From Octopus bimaculoides (Eukaryota): 64,000 nucleotides of DNA. The stretch covers positions 55,023,630-55,087,629 of the forward strand of contig NC_068995.1 in NCBI RefSeq assembly GCF_001194135.2. Reading direction: 5' to 3'. This document shows, piece after piece, positions 1-13,416 of the stretch. The notes beneath the pieces are model-generated. The model was not told the origin of the DNA. It ran no database searches and was given only the letters and a program-made list of their open reading frames with translations. A program made the translations under genes and the position numbers. Position 1 is the stretch's first letter, and each line of letters starts with the position of its first letter.

Positions 1-266
1 ATAATGGAAATAAAGAGAAGAGAAAGAGATAAAAACATTAATACATAGACAGACACAATGATAAATGATTAGAAGGATATAAAAGATTAAGAAAAATATG
101 TTCTACATACCTGGAGATCAGAGGACGTATGAGTGATTGCGATTCTGCATCGATATGCCTCATTAATTTAGTAGTTCATCACCTTGATTACCCAGACAAA
201 ACGCTTGGAAACAATAATTCAATACACTCTAGTAACATGGGAATAGTTAGACACGCATACATGCAG

Positions 267-268
<2 letters not shown>

Positions 269-352
<84 letters not shown>
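269..352. repeat. Compound microsatellite (AC)22(AT)9(GT)11
   Basis: Read directly; 291-352 is a perfect palindrome. Confidence 0.95.
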
Positions 353-1039
353 ATTTACGTTCGTACATATAAACACACATGTATATGTATGTATAATCGT
401 GTATACATATTCGTATGCATTCATACATCTATATACACAGAGATGAATGAAGTGGCGGTTGACAATAAGCTAAAGACAGGAGGCAACATTCTTCATCGGT
501 TGGCTAAAACCATTCATAAATAGATGCATTGTCATTGAGATGGAGAGCTTATTAAGTGACAATGCAATAAATAAATGAACGTAATAAAATGACGCAATAT
601 AGTAGATAAATAAATTAGTACGAAAGTTTCAGAATTTCTAAGAATAAAGTTTTCTGCTTTATCATAACCAATATCTGCGGGGAACTACACGATCGAGTAT
701 TGGCGATAGCTACAAGTAAATTTAGTAAACAATAAACGCTAATCGTTGTAAATAATGTGCAGCAGCAGCAGCAGCAGGAGCATCCATTTAATAATATTGA
801 AGCAATGGATTAAAAGTTTGGGGTACGTGAACGAATGTGACGTATATTTCTTTAAATTGCTGTTTTTGGGTTGTTTTTTTTTACAGAATATTGACAGAGA
901 AATGGGTTGTGTCTGACTGAGTACTTTTTCTGCGCAAGACTTTCACAAGTACTAATAATGAGGATCATGCTTTCGAACATATTCAGCACAGATTCGTTGC
1001 ACTTCTGTCTTATATATCCCTTTTTAGCTTAGACGGAAT

Positions 1040-1680
1040 TCAATTTCTGCTCCTGAGCAGCGACGGTTAGACTTTCAGTTCTCCATGAGGTCGTCTTTCA
1101 GTCTTTTGGTCAGCATCTTGAGTGTTATGACCGGCGCAAGTACACTAATTACTATTGGAATAATTGTTGTTTTAGTCGTCTAATTGCCTCAGCTTTCTGG
1201 TTCGATCCTGATATTTCTCATTCTTTTTTGTTTTTGTTTTCAATTTGTTTGGTATAAATTCTGCAACCATAGGGATTTTAAAAAATCTATGATCTTACCT
1301 TGTTTCATTATTTTGTCCTCAGTGATCCCACCTGGTCACCTTGCCTCACTAACATGATAAGTCTTTATTGGGAAATCCATAATACCTCGTATTTCTTGTG
1401 TGCTATCACAGCCTCTGGTTTGTATTCATACTACTTTTCTGTTTTGAAACCACAAACCCCGCTAACATCAAAATTCAACATAATATCTGCCCTGATATGC
1501 TTTTTGTAGTAGTAAAATGCACTGATACAAAATCTGATTGATACTATCGTCTACTTTCCTGCAGGTTCTACATTTCCTATCTGACTGAGTCTTGTTGGTC
1601 TCTGCCATTATCAGATTCGTTGTAAGGGCTTCTCCTCGTGACTATAATTAGCTTTTCTATATCTCGTTTCAACTTTTCGT
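1040..1680 (-). mobile_element. Decayed 3' fragment of an RLE-type (R4/NeSL-like) non-LTR retrotransposon
   Basis: Minus-strand translation with stops and shifts: ALTTNLIMAETNKTQSDRKCRTCRKVDDSINQILYQC (CCHC-knuckle-like, His replaced), MDFPIKTYHVSEAR*P (WDFxIQTD..RPD-like), EKYQD and KTTIIPIVISVLAPV. This matches the zinc knuckle plus restriction-like endonuclease C-terminus of these elements. Confidence 0.8.
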
Positions 1681-1751
1681 CCGTCAAGCAAACTAGCGAT
1701 ATTTACTTACACTATTCTCAGTTTGTTCCATGAATTATTACGCTTTCTTGT

Positions 1752-1785
<34 letters not shown>

Positions 1786-1987
1786 NNNNNNNNNNNNNNN
1801 NNNNNNNNNNNNNNNNNNNNNNNNNNNNNNNNNNNNNNNNNNNNNNNNNNNNNNNNNNNNNNNNNNNNNNNNNNNNNNNNNNNNNNNNNNNNNNNNNNNN
1901 NNNNNNNNNNNNNNNNNNNNNNNNNNNNNNNNNNNNNNNNNNNNNNNNNNNNNNNNNNNNNNNNNNNNNNNNNNNNNNNNNNNNNNN

Positions 1988-2021
<34 letters not shown>

Positions 2022-2522
2022 TAAATGTCTATACCTAAAGATAGATCGTGTATGAGTAATAGTGATAACAAGTGTGACAAATTTGTCGAAATATGCTAAG
2101 AAATTCCCATATGTATTATATAAATATTGGATTAGCTTCATTATGGATGCTTCCGTCTTAATTTGGCTCCTTCAATTGGAATCACATCTGCTTACATCAA
2201 TTCAGTGAGAATCGCTTTATTTAAATTAGATTGCGATTTCGTCATAAATTATTTCATGCTTGACAAGAAATAGGAAAGAATTTGCATTTTATATTTAGAA
2301 TTACGTCCATATGAGTAAGAGTAACAAAATCAGCTGTCGTTTGTTTCGTGCTTTTTACATACATTATTCATTTTATTTTTAAAATCATGTGCTTAGGTGA
2401 TTTTATGAATTCTAATTACAACTTTATAACAACCGCCCAAAATATGATGCATGAAGACATACGTTTACAATTTAACCAGTCCATGTTACATATATGTTCT
2501 CTCTTCTCTTTCCTTCTATTTC

Positions 2523-2597
<75 letters not shown>

Positions 2598-2628
2598 ATC
2601 TCTTTATCTATCTATCTATCTATCTATC
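2523..2628. repeat. (ATCT)n tetranucleotide microsatellite
   Basis: Read directly. Confidence 0.95.
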
Positions 2629-3018
2629 TCCAAGTTGTAAGAGTCAAGAACGAGAAACCTGTTGATATATGCAAACAGTGAATTGAAAAATATACACTAA
2701 TTCCAGTTTTCTTTCTGGCACAGAATTAGGTGGCTTTATTTGGGACATAAATGTCAACTATTTACCATACACTATTAAGTCCCCCCACTCGTCGAACAAT
2801 CAACGGCAAACATTAATTGAACAAAGAGATGCAGGTTTTCGTCAACGGAAGTGCTGCATGTTTTGTTTAGAGCTAAAAACTCTACTGACATACTAAATTT
2901 CAGATCTGCAATGTTTATTAGACGTAAACATCTGGACAACGTTTGCCTTGATTGAGATGGAAAACAAAACTCTCGCTATGGTATCACTACTGAATGATTT
3001 TTACTCATACAAAACAAG

Positions 3019-3262
3019 TACAAATGCGCCCTTTTAAAGCTTATCCAAGCTCATGGGCCCGGATTACTGGTTCCAATGGCGCATGCGTTCCTCAGCTGGA
3101 CGGGACGCCAGTCCATCGCAGCGTTACTCACTTTTGCCAGCTGAGTGGACTGGAGCAACGGGAAATGAAGTGTTTTGCTCAAGAACACAACGCATCGCCC
3201 GCTCCAGGAATCGAAACCACAACACTACGCAACACCTTAAACACTACGCCACGCGCCTCCAC
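3019..3262 (-). mobile_element. tRNA-derived SINE, near full length (family B)
   Basis: Minus strand: A-box-like TGGCGTAGTG, B-box-like GGTTTCGATTCC, then a body (TTGAGCAAAACACTT...GCTCCAGTCCACTCAGCTGG...GCGATGGACTGGCGTCCCGTCCAG). A homologous head occurs at 38181-38320. Confidence 0.8.
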
Positions 3263-3658
3263 ATTATTACACATACGAATGCTAAATCAAGAAAATTTCG
3301 GACATGGCATTAAAAGAAGTATAAAAATAGCATAATCATATATAAGAAGATATAATTGAATGTTAACCAGCACTAAGATTATTCGATGTCATGAATTTTA
3401 TATCACATTGATGATGCTGGGTTATATAAAATCCACTTGGAAATCACTGTATTTCACTAATAATACGAATAACTTAGACGGCTTTAAGTCACTGCGCGCT
3501 TACTCCAGAGATTTCTAAAATACCCATGAAAACTGTTTTTTGTTTATACATCTATTTTGCGTACCTTATTTCCTTAATTAGATTCTTTTCGATATATTCT
3601 AAAACGTTTGTGGAAAAGGTATGATGTATTATGACATAAACAATGTCATGTATATCTC

Positions 3659-3662
<4 letters not shown>

Positions 3663-3703
<41 letters not shown>

Positions 3704-3718
3704 GTGTGTGTGTGTGTC
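3663..3718. repeat. (TG)n microsatellite
   Basis: Read directly. Confidence 0.95.
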
Positions 3719-4129
3719 TATCTATGTATGTATAAATGTTGTACTTGACTATATTTCTGGCATAGTGTTGTAGAATCAATGTTCCGGAATTGGGTGACAA
3801 ATGATATTTCTTGTTCCTGTAATACTATTTCGGAGTCATGTACAGTGTTTCATATGCTATCGATAATGTAATCATAGATTAATATAAATCTTTCTTTTCC
3901 GATATGAAGTTCTCTTTGTCATATCAGGTCACGACTGTAAAATATAATTACATAATTATATTGTGAATGTAATAATGCATGCTCCCGTCATCTTTTCATT
4001 TGATGTTGCATAGAAATCCATTGAGATAACTCTACATACATCAATGCATACCCACACACAAACATACACAGACACACACTTAGACACACGTACAGAGATA
4101 TATTTATGCGCATATGTATACTATATAAA

Positions 4130-4173
4130 GGTATATATATATATATACATACATATATGTATGTATATATATA

Positions 4174-4258
<85 letters not shown>

Positions 4259-4380
4259 GCATGTATGTGTGTTGAGTGTATATATATATATATATATATG
4301 CATATATACTCATGTATGTATGTACAAGTATATACATATATGTAATGTATGTATTTATGTATGTATATACACACACACAC
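4130..4380. repeat. Long interrupted (AT)n/(ATGT)n/(AC)n compound microsatellite
   Basis: Read directly. Confidence 0.95.
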
Positions 4381-5077
4381 CTACTTATATTTTCCATATA
4401 TGCGAATACCTATAGTTATTCATACCCTCATATACACACTCAAAATACAATACAATTTCATGCGTTTTTATTCACGAAATACAATAAAAACTAAGATATC
4501 TGATTATCTTCCTTTTCAGCTATTGTTCAGAAAATTCTTTATTTCTTCAATAGAAAAATCTGATATCTCGCTTAATTACTTACATATGGGAGATACAAAG
4601 AAAAATAAACTGAGACAAAACAGATTTATTCATTGTTGTTAAAACAATATTTTCAGGAATTCCTGAGTGTCACGAAATTTTAGATATTGTTTGCCGTTTT
4701 TGTTCGTTCTTATGAAAAGAATACATTAACGTTTCTTTTGTGTTTGAATTAATACAGCTAGGCAATTGTGTTTGGAGAAGTTGATATATTATTAAGTTGA
4801 ATGGATCGGAGGTGAATGTTAATTGAATTTAAATTAAGCGCAATAATCCTTTGCTTATTTAGTATAATGACTCTCATTTTCTCTAACATATGCCTTACGC
4901 AACATGTGTGACATCTTGAAATTACAATTTTTGAGATTTTCTATTAATAATTATGATTTGTCTGTAAAACAATTCTTACATATATTACTGCGTAGTTATT
5001 AAGATTGTACTGAAATAACGTAGATTAGGGTTCAAACCAACTGTGAAACCGCGTCACTTATGTTGTTGATAACTAAA

Positions 5078-5164
5078 CATACAGATGTGTTGGGCTTTAC
5101 ATCACCATACAGATGTGTTGGGCTTTACATCACCACTTTACATCACCACTTTACATCACCACTT
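5078..5164. repeat. Nested tandem duplication: 28-bp unit x2, then 13-bp unit x2.4
   Basis: CATACAGATGTGTTGGGCTTTACATCAC at 5078 and 5106; CACTTTACATCAC at 5134 and 5147. Confidence 0.95.
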
Positions 5165-5849
5165 AACCATGTCTGTTGTAAGCATTCAGAGAATAGTTAA
5201 TGGCTGGACAGGAATAAACGTCCTTACATTTAAGATGGTTAAGTTCTGAATCATTTGCTGACACACACAAATTCCTTTCCTTTCCTTACTCGGTGAGAGA
5301 AATTTGTAATTTGAGACATAAGTCTGCAATTAAGGAAGGTTTACAAGACAGCGTACATAAGCTAATGCTTAACATGTTTAAAATAACTCGCTATTCTAGT
5401 TAGACGTGTGACTACATACGTTAGGTGAAACTGTGTAAAATATTTTCGAATTATATTCACCTTGCAAACAAGTTAGCTAACATCTATACTCCTGCAACAT
5501 ATATTAAATTAGAAATAAGTTGAGCTTTCCCTTATTTTCTACTTTAATTAGGTTTCACATCCTTTCTTCCACTGATTATTATTTGCTAAGAAAATCTGGC
5601 TCCGTCAAATCAATTACAAGGAAATTCTTTGAAAACTGAGTTAACTATGTCGTGCTTACCTTTCGGGAAAGCATGAATTTATATATAGGACTAAATCTAC
5701 ATCCTAAGCGAAGGAACAAACACTGAATACAAAGATCTGTTAGTTTATCTATGAAGCAGATCACGTTTGTCCCTCAAATAAAAGTTTAATGTCTTATTTT
5801 CAAAATGAAACAACACCCTAAACATATATACACATATATGTGTATATTT

Positions 5850-5863
5850 GCGTGCGTGTGTGT

Positions 5864-5961
<98 letters not shown>

Positions 5962-6150
5962 CGGAAGCGAGCAACTTAGAATAATGAGAATCGGAAACTT
6001 TCAGTCAAAATGTGTTAAAGAATACTCCATATTAGTACTCAGTTCTGCTAAATCAACAGTGACTTATATATATTTAAACAGACAGACAGACTGGCAGATA
6101 GATAGACAGACAGTGAGGCAGACAGACAGATAGATAGCTAGATAGATAGC

Positions 6151-6208
<58 letters not shown>
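5850..6208. repeat. (TG)n (5850-5961) and (AGAC/AGAT)n (6080-6208) microsatellites
   Basis: Read directly. Confidence 0.95.
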
Positions 6209-6209
<1 letters not shown>

Positions 6210-6625
6210 GAAGATTTGCGTATTCATACCAACAGAATTATGCTTATTTGTTTACAGAGCTGATTGAAGCTTTTCAAATTAGCGTGCATTAGTTCGTAGT
6301 GTATCTATGTCCAGGCATTCATAAACTATATACTGAGATGAATGTAATCATGTGAGCCCGGAGAATAATAGCCTTGTCCAGCTAATATATTTTCATTTAG
6401 CCCGATGCTTCTAATGGCACAGTGAATATAATAAACGGTCATGTTATCATAAGAATGATTGCCTGTGGACATTATTGCAATAATAACAATAAAAAATATA
6501 GATGTATGTATAGTCATAGCCAAATGCATCCAGAGTATCAGCAACATATTCGAACAAATATATTCTGTTGTATATCTAATCCTTCACCAACCAATATACA
6601 TTTATACACGTTCTTTTTTCAAGTA

Positions 6626-6628
<3 letters not shown>

Positions 6629-6682
<54 letters not shown>
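6629..6682. repeat. (TTA)n trinucleotide repeat
   Basis: Read directly. Confidence 0.95.
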
Positions 6683-6727
6683 GTGTTACTTACGTATTTA
6701 TTGCATTAATTAATTACTCACTCTCTC

Positions 6728-6840
6728 ACAGGTATGCTGCGGCGGCTTGTGCATTTGGACTGGCTATCAGCATCAGGAAGACTGAGATTTTATGCCAACC
6801 AAATCCTGGGACAGAAAATGTGATATCTCCAGTATCAAAA
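6728..6840 (+). mobile_element. Short RTE-clade LINE reverse-transcriptase fragment
   Basis: Translates RYAAAACAFGLAISIRKTEILCQPNPG, matching the RTE motif (R)F..A...FGL.IS..KTEV..QP.PG that follows the YADD region. Confidence 0.7.
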
Positions 6841-8109
6841 ATACCATTCTTTGATAAGATTTCAACATTTTTCGATAGGTTTCAGTCATAATGCTTTCAA
6901 GAAGGTGTTTAATAAGTTAACAAACATATCCGTGCGTTTAGTTTTGTTTGATTTAGCTACCCGTTGCTCATTTGCAACAACGATGAACAAATGTATCCCA
7001 TATATTTACATTTCTGGATGAAATAGTGGTAAAAAACTGAAAGCCTCCTGTTATATAAAATATTCACTTCAAAGCATTTTTCATGAAGCAAATTTTAAAG
7101 TGAGCTAATAAAATATGTATCGTTAGAATGCCAACCAATACTATGTGTTGCGCATTATATTCACAAATAACGTTTTCAAAACATCTGCATAATCAATGTT
7201 ACATTTTGGTTGATTTTGTATCATCTCTGATATTTAACAGACACAAAAATTCAGTGGTTTTGCACAACCTAGCTATTACCCAAGCAGTAATTATATACAT
7301 TTAATTATATACCTGTAATTCATCTTTTTAAAGAAATTTGCCATACCGTAATTTCCTTTAAAGTTAATGTTATGTTCTGCAGGTACTGAATCGTTGAAAT
7401 GGGTTTTGTGTGGTAACGAAGATATATCTAGAATCAATGTAATTTTCAAACGATTCAGGATTTGATTTGAATCACACTAAAACTCTTGTATCAAATGAGT
7501 AACAACAACCACTTATTTTCAGTAGTTATTGAAAATCAAATCGTTGGCGAAAGTATTAGTGAATAAAGATTTTCCATAAAATTGTAAATTCAAAATCATA
7601 CACTGCTAATGTAACTGTTCTTCATTTAATATTTGTGTGGAACTGACTGTATGAAGAAAAACCCGGTATTTCGTTTCTGTTTCTATATGAAGAGTTGAAA
7701 TTCTGAAAGGCAAATATCTGTGATGGTGTTTAGCAGACTTGGAGCTGTATGTAGCTCCGTATGTGATACTACCTTTTGAGGCTGGTTGACATTTTCGATA
7801 GTTAATTTCGATTATCTTCGTTAAAAAAAAGCGTATATATTTGCCATCCAAAAATAAATTATGTGTAGTGATTGGTACAAAAACTCACGTAGATTACAAA
7901 TGGCATAGAGTAGATGTTGACATTGAACCAAAATTTTAGTATTCAATTGCAATGGGCATAGATTTTTAAATCCACAATAATAACTGACAGAATTGTAAAA
8001 TTCATGCACTTTATTATGTACACGTCGTACATTCTTTTTCGGATGCTCGTTAATATTTTCAGTTTACATTCTTATTCGCTGTTACCTGTTAGAATATGTT
8101 AGCAAGTAA

Positions 8110-8475
8110 ATTACGAAATCGATGTGTGACAAACTGTTGCCAAAGGGAAAAAAACTTTAAATAGAATATAAGGCAATTCAACTAAAGATTTTGAAGTCGG
8201 AGACAAAATCCATTTCAAAGTATAGAAGAAGGATGAAGAGAGTTGGGAGGATTGTGTAGTGACTAAAAGAATAGGAAACATGATGTATTTAATAAAAGGT
8301 CAACGATGGGAGCATAAACGACGTCTATATCAATTAAAAATCAGACATACAGAAGAAAGTGTTTTCTTATATGTTCGAGGTGCCAGCACCGATTGCGACT
8401 GAGCCTAGAAGGAACAGTAAGATTAAACGTAAACAGATTGAACACTTAGAAATAATTCCCAAGCGGAAAAGGTAG
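8110..8475 (+). mobile_element. Gypsy/Ty3 LTR-retrotransposon pol C-terminal remnant (post-integrase)
   Basis: DKLLPK, then FEVGDKIHFKV*KKDEESWEDCVVTKRIGNMMYLIKGQRWEHKRRLYQLKIR, then MFEVPAP..PRRNSKIKRK. This resembles the F..GD.V...W..G.I..R.G...Y.V....KRH..QL tail of Gypsy integrases. Confidence 0.65.
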
Positions 8476-8879
8476 ACATACACACACGTATACACACACA
8501 AGCACACACAATATTTTGCTTGTTACCATTTGGCGATATATCGTCGATGATGCGGCCTTTATTTATGGGGAAGCTGAGCGTACAATTTTAAGTGTGTGTA
8601 TCGGTACCGTTCAGTTGGGAATAGAAAATAGATACTAGATTTCAGTGCCAAATTATATCAGTTACTTTTGAAGTTGAATGTCGCTATAGATGTACAAATT
8701 GGATTGATGGGTGATGCATTTGATCAACAAAAAATAAAATTATTCATATTTGTGTCAGATTTCTTCCAAGATGTAATGTCCGATGTACAATCATTCCGAA
8801 ATATTTTGCTGGTGCTATACGTTTTCCATTGTCTGTCTACTGGAAATGTTAATATTTGATATTAATATTTTATCTAAGG

Positions 8880-9085
8880 CATCGACCTAGCAGAAACGTC
8901 GGCATGCCGGACGAAATATTTGCGATATTTCGTCCATCTTTATGTTCTAAATCGTAATTTCAGCGAGGTCGTCTTTACCCTCCATCCTTTATGGGTCGGC
9001 AAAAATAAGTACAAGTTGAGCATTGAGCATTGACTGATACCCAACCCGAAAATTGCCGGCCTTGTATCAAAGGTTGAAACAATCT
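8880..9085 (+). mobile_element. SINE family A copy (diverged)
   Basis: Shares the ...TTC.GCGAGGTCG.CTTT.CC.TCCATCCTTT..GGGTCG..AAAATAAGTAC core with the copies at 9990, 29788 and 30067. Confidence 0.75.
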
Positions 9086-9730
9086 TAATATTCTATGTAT
9101 TAAAAAAAAAAAAGGAAAATTAGTTGAAATAGTAATAATTAGTTCTTATGCAACGGCACTGTACGTATTTATGAATGATTTATAATTTCGTCAAGTGAAG
9201 TATTAATAATTATAGGAATATTTGCTTTTGAACACATGCCATAGGTTACTATCATTGGAAGGACTTTATTTATTTAATCTCTCATCGAACGTGATCCAAC
9301 ACTGTTTTAATATAAGAAAAAGTAAGTAGATATACGAAATTACTCTGAGAATTCCGTTATAGTTTTAGGATAAATCATTCTGGTCCATTACACATATTGT
9401 GGCTTTCTTGTTTATTCGAGACTAGAATGTGCTATGAGAAACACATTGCTACAATTTCTGACATATTCAACAATTCGCTAGAGGCTGCTATGTTTGTATC
9501 TATCACTGACGTTTCATAAAAACGACTCCAATTTTCCATTCTTACAATACTATAGACTCTTTTCTTCATGGAAAACCTACCCTATTCAATATCCAATAAC
9601 CGTAAGATATTTTCTCGGTCGATTCAGAGTTAGTATTATGTAACGTAATTCTATGGCTACAGTGACGATATTAATCTTTAAACAACAAGAACTTTTATTC
9701 GTCGGCTATGAAATTAAAAAGAATATATAT

Positions 9731-9775
<45 letters not shown>

Positions 9776-9782
9776 CATACAT

Positions 9783-9813
<31 letters not shown>

Positions 9814-9989
9814 CATTAATGCATTAATGTACCAGTTGCAAATTGGTTGTTGTAAATGGTTTCAAATTACTATTTCATCGAGTAACTCATGAATTTTCTA
9901 ACAGGGAAACCAGCAAACAAATACTTCCTCCTCAGAAGTGATCGTATTTTCAGAACAAGTCACTTTAATAATATATTAAGAACACAAGG

Positions 9990-10205
9990 TGGTGACCAAG
10001 TAGAAACGTTAGAACGCCGGGTGAAATGCTTAACGGCATTTCGTCTGACTTTACGTTCTGAGTTCAAATTCTCCCGAGGTTGACTTTGCTTTTCATCTTT
10101 TCGGGATCGATAAATTAAGTACCAGTTGCGTACTGTGGTCGATCTAATCGACTGCCCCTCTCTCCAAAAATGTCGAGCTTTGTTCCTAGAGTAGAAAAGA
10201 ATATA
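9990..10205 (+). mobile_element. SINE family A copy
   Basis: Core CTTTACGTTCTGAGTTCAAATT...GAGGTTGACTTTGC..TCATC.TTTCGGG.TCGATAAATTAAGTACCAG...GTCGATCTAATCGACT. Confidence 0.85.
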
Positions 10206-10329
10206 TTTATAACACACCTTATGTGGCAGTGACTTTCTTTTTTACTTTATCTATTTGCACTGGGTTTTTTTTCTCAACAAAACGTTGATTTCAAAATCTG
10301 GTACATGACCAGCATTTTCGAAGGAAAGG

Positions 10330-10498
10330 CGTGAGCATCGGCTCCTAATGCTCAATTGGTGTTTATTTTATTGCAATATTGACCTCGGTTGGGATTATCG
10401 ATCTCAGTGGAATTTGAACTCAGATCGTAAAGACGGTCGAACTGGCGCTAAAGATCTTACCTAGCGTCTTAACGATTCTACCAGCTCGCCACCTTACA
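10330..10498 (-). mobile_element. SINE family A copy (inverted relative to 9990-10205)
   Basis: Plus strand reads GGAATTTGAACTCAGATCGTAAAGACGG...AACGATTCTACCAGCTCGCCACCTT, the reverse complement of the family 5' half. Confidence 0.8.
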
Positions 10499-11112
10499 TT
10501 CTCCACAAAATATTATCTTTCATGAAACGTCTTGTTGTGAAACATGTTTCTTTCTAACTCAGATTTCCTCTTCGATATAAAAATAAATTTCAATTTAAAA
10601 TCAATCATCACGAATATTTGAAACCATGCAAAGTTTATATCAAATATATTTCTCTTTAATTATCGATTTTGGATTAGTATATTAATGTGAAATTTCTTCT
10701 AAGCATCGATTTGTTTTAGCGAATAAACTTATAGAATTATCTTCAGGCATATATCTATCATATTACTTCTTAGAACACTACACCACTTTCAGACTGCAAA
10801 TAAATTTCCCAGACGCAATTTGTAAATATTTTCAAAGAAATTAATTTTTCGTACATAAAAACTGAATTTCAATCAGCAATTGTTTGGCTATATACTTTTA
10901 CTGAATTATCGATTTGTTTTTCAATCATCGTTTTCGTCTGTAAGTAATACTTACGCATATTTTGCTAAATACAACAAATTTTTAGTGTATTTCTCCAGAA
11001 GTCTGAACTTTATTGCGATTCGTTCAGTTTACATCATTCAAATACCAAACTGATTCAAAAGATGTATACGGTCATCTTAGCGTCCTATAACATTCTTGAA
11101 TTACGTCCATAT

Positions 11113-11303
11113 ACTTTATAAAGGCCGGAAATTTTGGGGGAGAGGGCCGGTCGATTAGATCGACCCCAGTACGTAACTTGTACTTAATTTAACAACCACA
11201 AAAGGATTAAACGAAAAATTTCGAACTCAGAACGTAAAAACAGAAGAAATACCGATCAACATCTCCCTAGGAGTGCTGACGCTTCTGTCAGCTCACTGCC
11301 TTC
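11113..11303 (-). mobile_element. SINE family A copy
   Basis: GTCGATTAGATCGACCCCAGTACG...GAACTCAGAACGTAAA...CTGTCAGCTCACTGCCTT. Confidence 0.8.
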
Positions 11304-12303
11304 AAATATGAGTAAATATTGTAAAATAAATGCTTCATAAGAAACTGGTAATGTTTTTCAAAATTAAGGTCAATAACTCGCTGTTAAATACAGCTTAATA
11401 GTACAATGTTAAAACAAATTCGTTCCTTAATGATGATATATTTGTACAGAAAGCATAAATATTTGATAGAATTCATTTACTTCGAGATACAAGTATTTAA
11501 ATATTAGATGCACGGCTAATTCTAAAGATGTAGGCGAAGTCATCTGTATGATCTAAGAATTTAGATTATTTTGTTTAACATATTGAACTACAGGTATGAT
11601 ATATTTTACTAGATCTGTAGCAAGTGGTCAATGGTAACGACACATTTCTAATTAATACATGGCAAATATATATATATTTGCATGTATATATATATACATA
11701 TACATATATATAAATATATATATATATAAATATATATATANNNNNNNNNNNNNNNNNNNNNNNNNNNNNNNNNNNNNNNNNNNNNNNNNNNNNNNNNNNN
11801 NNNNNNNNNNNNNNNNNNNNNNNNNNNNNNNNNNNNNNNNNNNNNNNNNNNNNNNNNNNNNNNNNNNNNNNNNNNNNNNNNNNNNNNNNNNNNNNNNNNN
11901 NNNNNNNNNNNNNNNNNNNNNNNNNNNNNNNNNNNNNNNNNNNNNNNNNNNNNNNNNNNNNNNNNNNNNNNNNNNNNNNNNNNNNNNNNNNNNNNNNNNN
12001 NNNNNNNNNNNNNNNNNNNNNNNNNNNNNNNNNNNNNNNNNNNNNNNNNNNNNNNNNNNNNNNNNNNNNNNNNNNNNNNNNNNNNNNNNNNNNNNNNNNN
12101 NNNNNNNNNNNNNNNNNNNNNNNNNNNNNNNNNNNNNNNNNNNNNNNNNNNNNNNNNNNNNNNNNNNNNNNNNNNNNNNNNNNNNNNNNNNNNNNNNNNN
12201 NNNNNNNNNNNNNNNNNNNNNNNNNNNNNNNNNNNNNNNNNNNNNNNNNNNNNNNNNNNNNNNNNNNNNNNNNNNNNNNNNNNNNNNNNNNNNNNNATAC
12301 TTG

Positions 12304-12351
<48 letters not shown>

Positions 12352-13139
12352 CGTCATAGAATATATTGAATACTGATTCAATAATTTCATATCAGATTTC
12401 ATATTTCATATCAGATGGTTTAAAGTTTCCCCACCATTTATATGGTGTTGATTGATAAACTAGTAATTATTCCACTGTGTAAACATCTCTCCGAGAAAGA
12501 GTTTATGTGAATGATAAAAATTCTCTGCATACATATTAAAAACTCTTATGTAAATGTACTTCAATCAATATTTGAGTTAAATTTACGAAATCGAAATTCT
12601 ACTTTATTTATTCAGTTAAGAATTCCGTTATTAATATTCATGGATATTTCTAGTTGGTATCTTTTGTAAATATAGAAGTAGAGCAGAAGAGACTATCGAG
12701 GAAAAAATATAATCGTAATCGATTTATATGTAAAGTATTAAAATATATTTGGAATGGATTAATGAATTTCAAAAGTAGGCCAAACAAAATACTGAATGCA
12801 TAAATATATATTCGACTAAATAAAAATATAAACATTTAGGAAAATGAATAAAATATATATTACAAAACTAATCAATACAACACCGGAGTAAAATAAATAC
12901 GTTCTACATAATATGAAAAATAATGCAAACGACATTTTGTTCTTTTATGTGTACTTTTTATCATCGCATATATACCCTCAAAGTAGGCATTCTGAAGAAT
13001 TTATTCATCGGGAAACATGTATATTAATGTACTAGAACCAGTGAATTAGTCTGGTACACCACACGATCAGTTTACCGTAAAAGATTCTTACTTGTTTAAT
13101 CTTCATTATTAGATATTGTATATTTAGTGCACCAGACAA

Positions 13140-13210
13140 AATTCTTAGCCAAATTTATGCTCGGCATTTAAATTCTACCGAGGTCGACTTTGCCTTATAC
13201 CCTATCAGAC
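13140..13210 (+). mobile_element. SINE family A internal fragment
   Basis: AAATTCTACCGAGGTCGACTTTGCCTT core. Confidence 0.6.
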
Positions 13211-13416
13211 TCGTTTATCTATGTAATTTATTTCTCGTTGTCCTTATACGATATTCACGTTGCATTATTCTATCTACCTACAAGTACACACATTGCACAT
13301 ACATGAATATCATCGTTTTCTATTTCAACTTATTCTTGCTTGGAAATTGGATTAGACGATTGCTCTGCAAACGAGCATAATAACATTCTTTAAGATACTT
13401 AGTCAAACATATATAA

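Noticed and set aside
759-777. (CAG)6 as a polyglutamine exon
   Set aside because: The flanking frames close quickly and there are no convincing splice sites.
12987-13028. Hammerhead-like CTGAAGA...GAAACATGTA
   Set aside because: Stem II does not pair and stem I needs a 4-nt bulge; at best a decayed Penelope tail.
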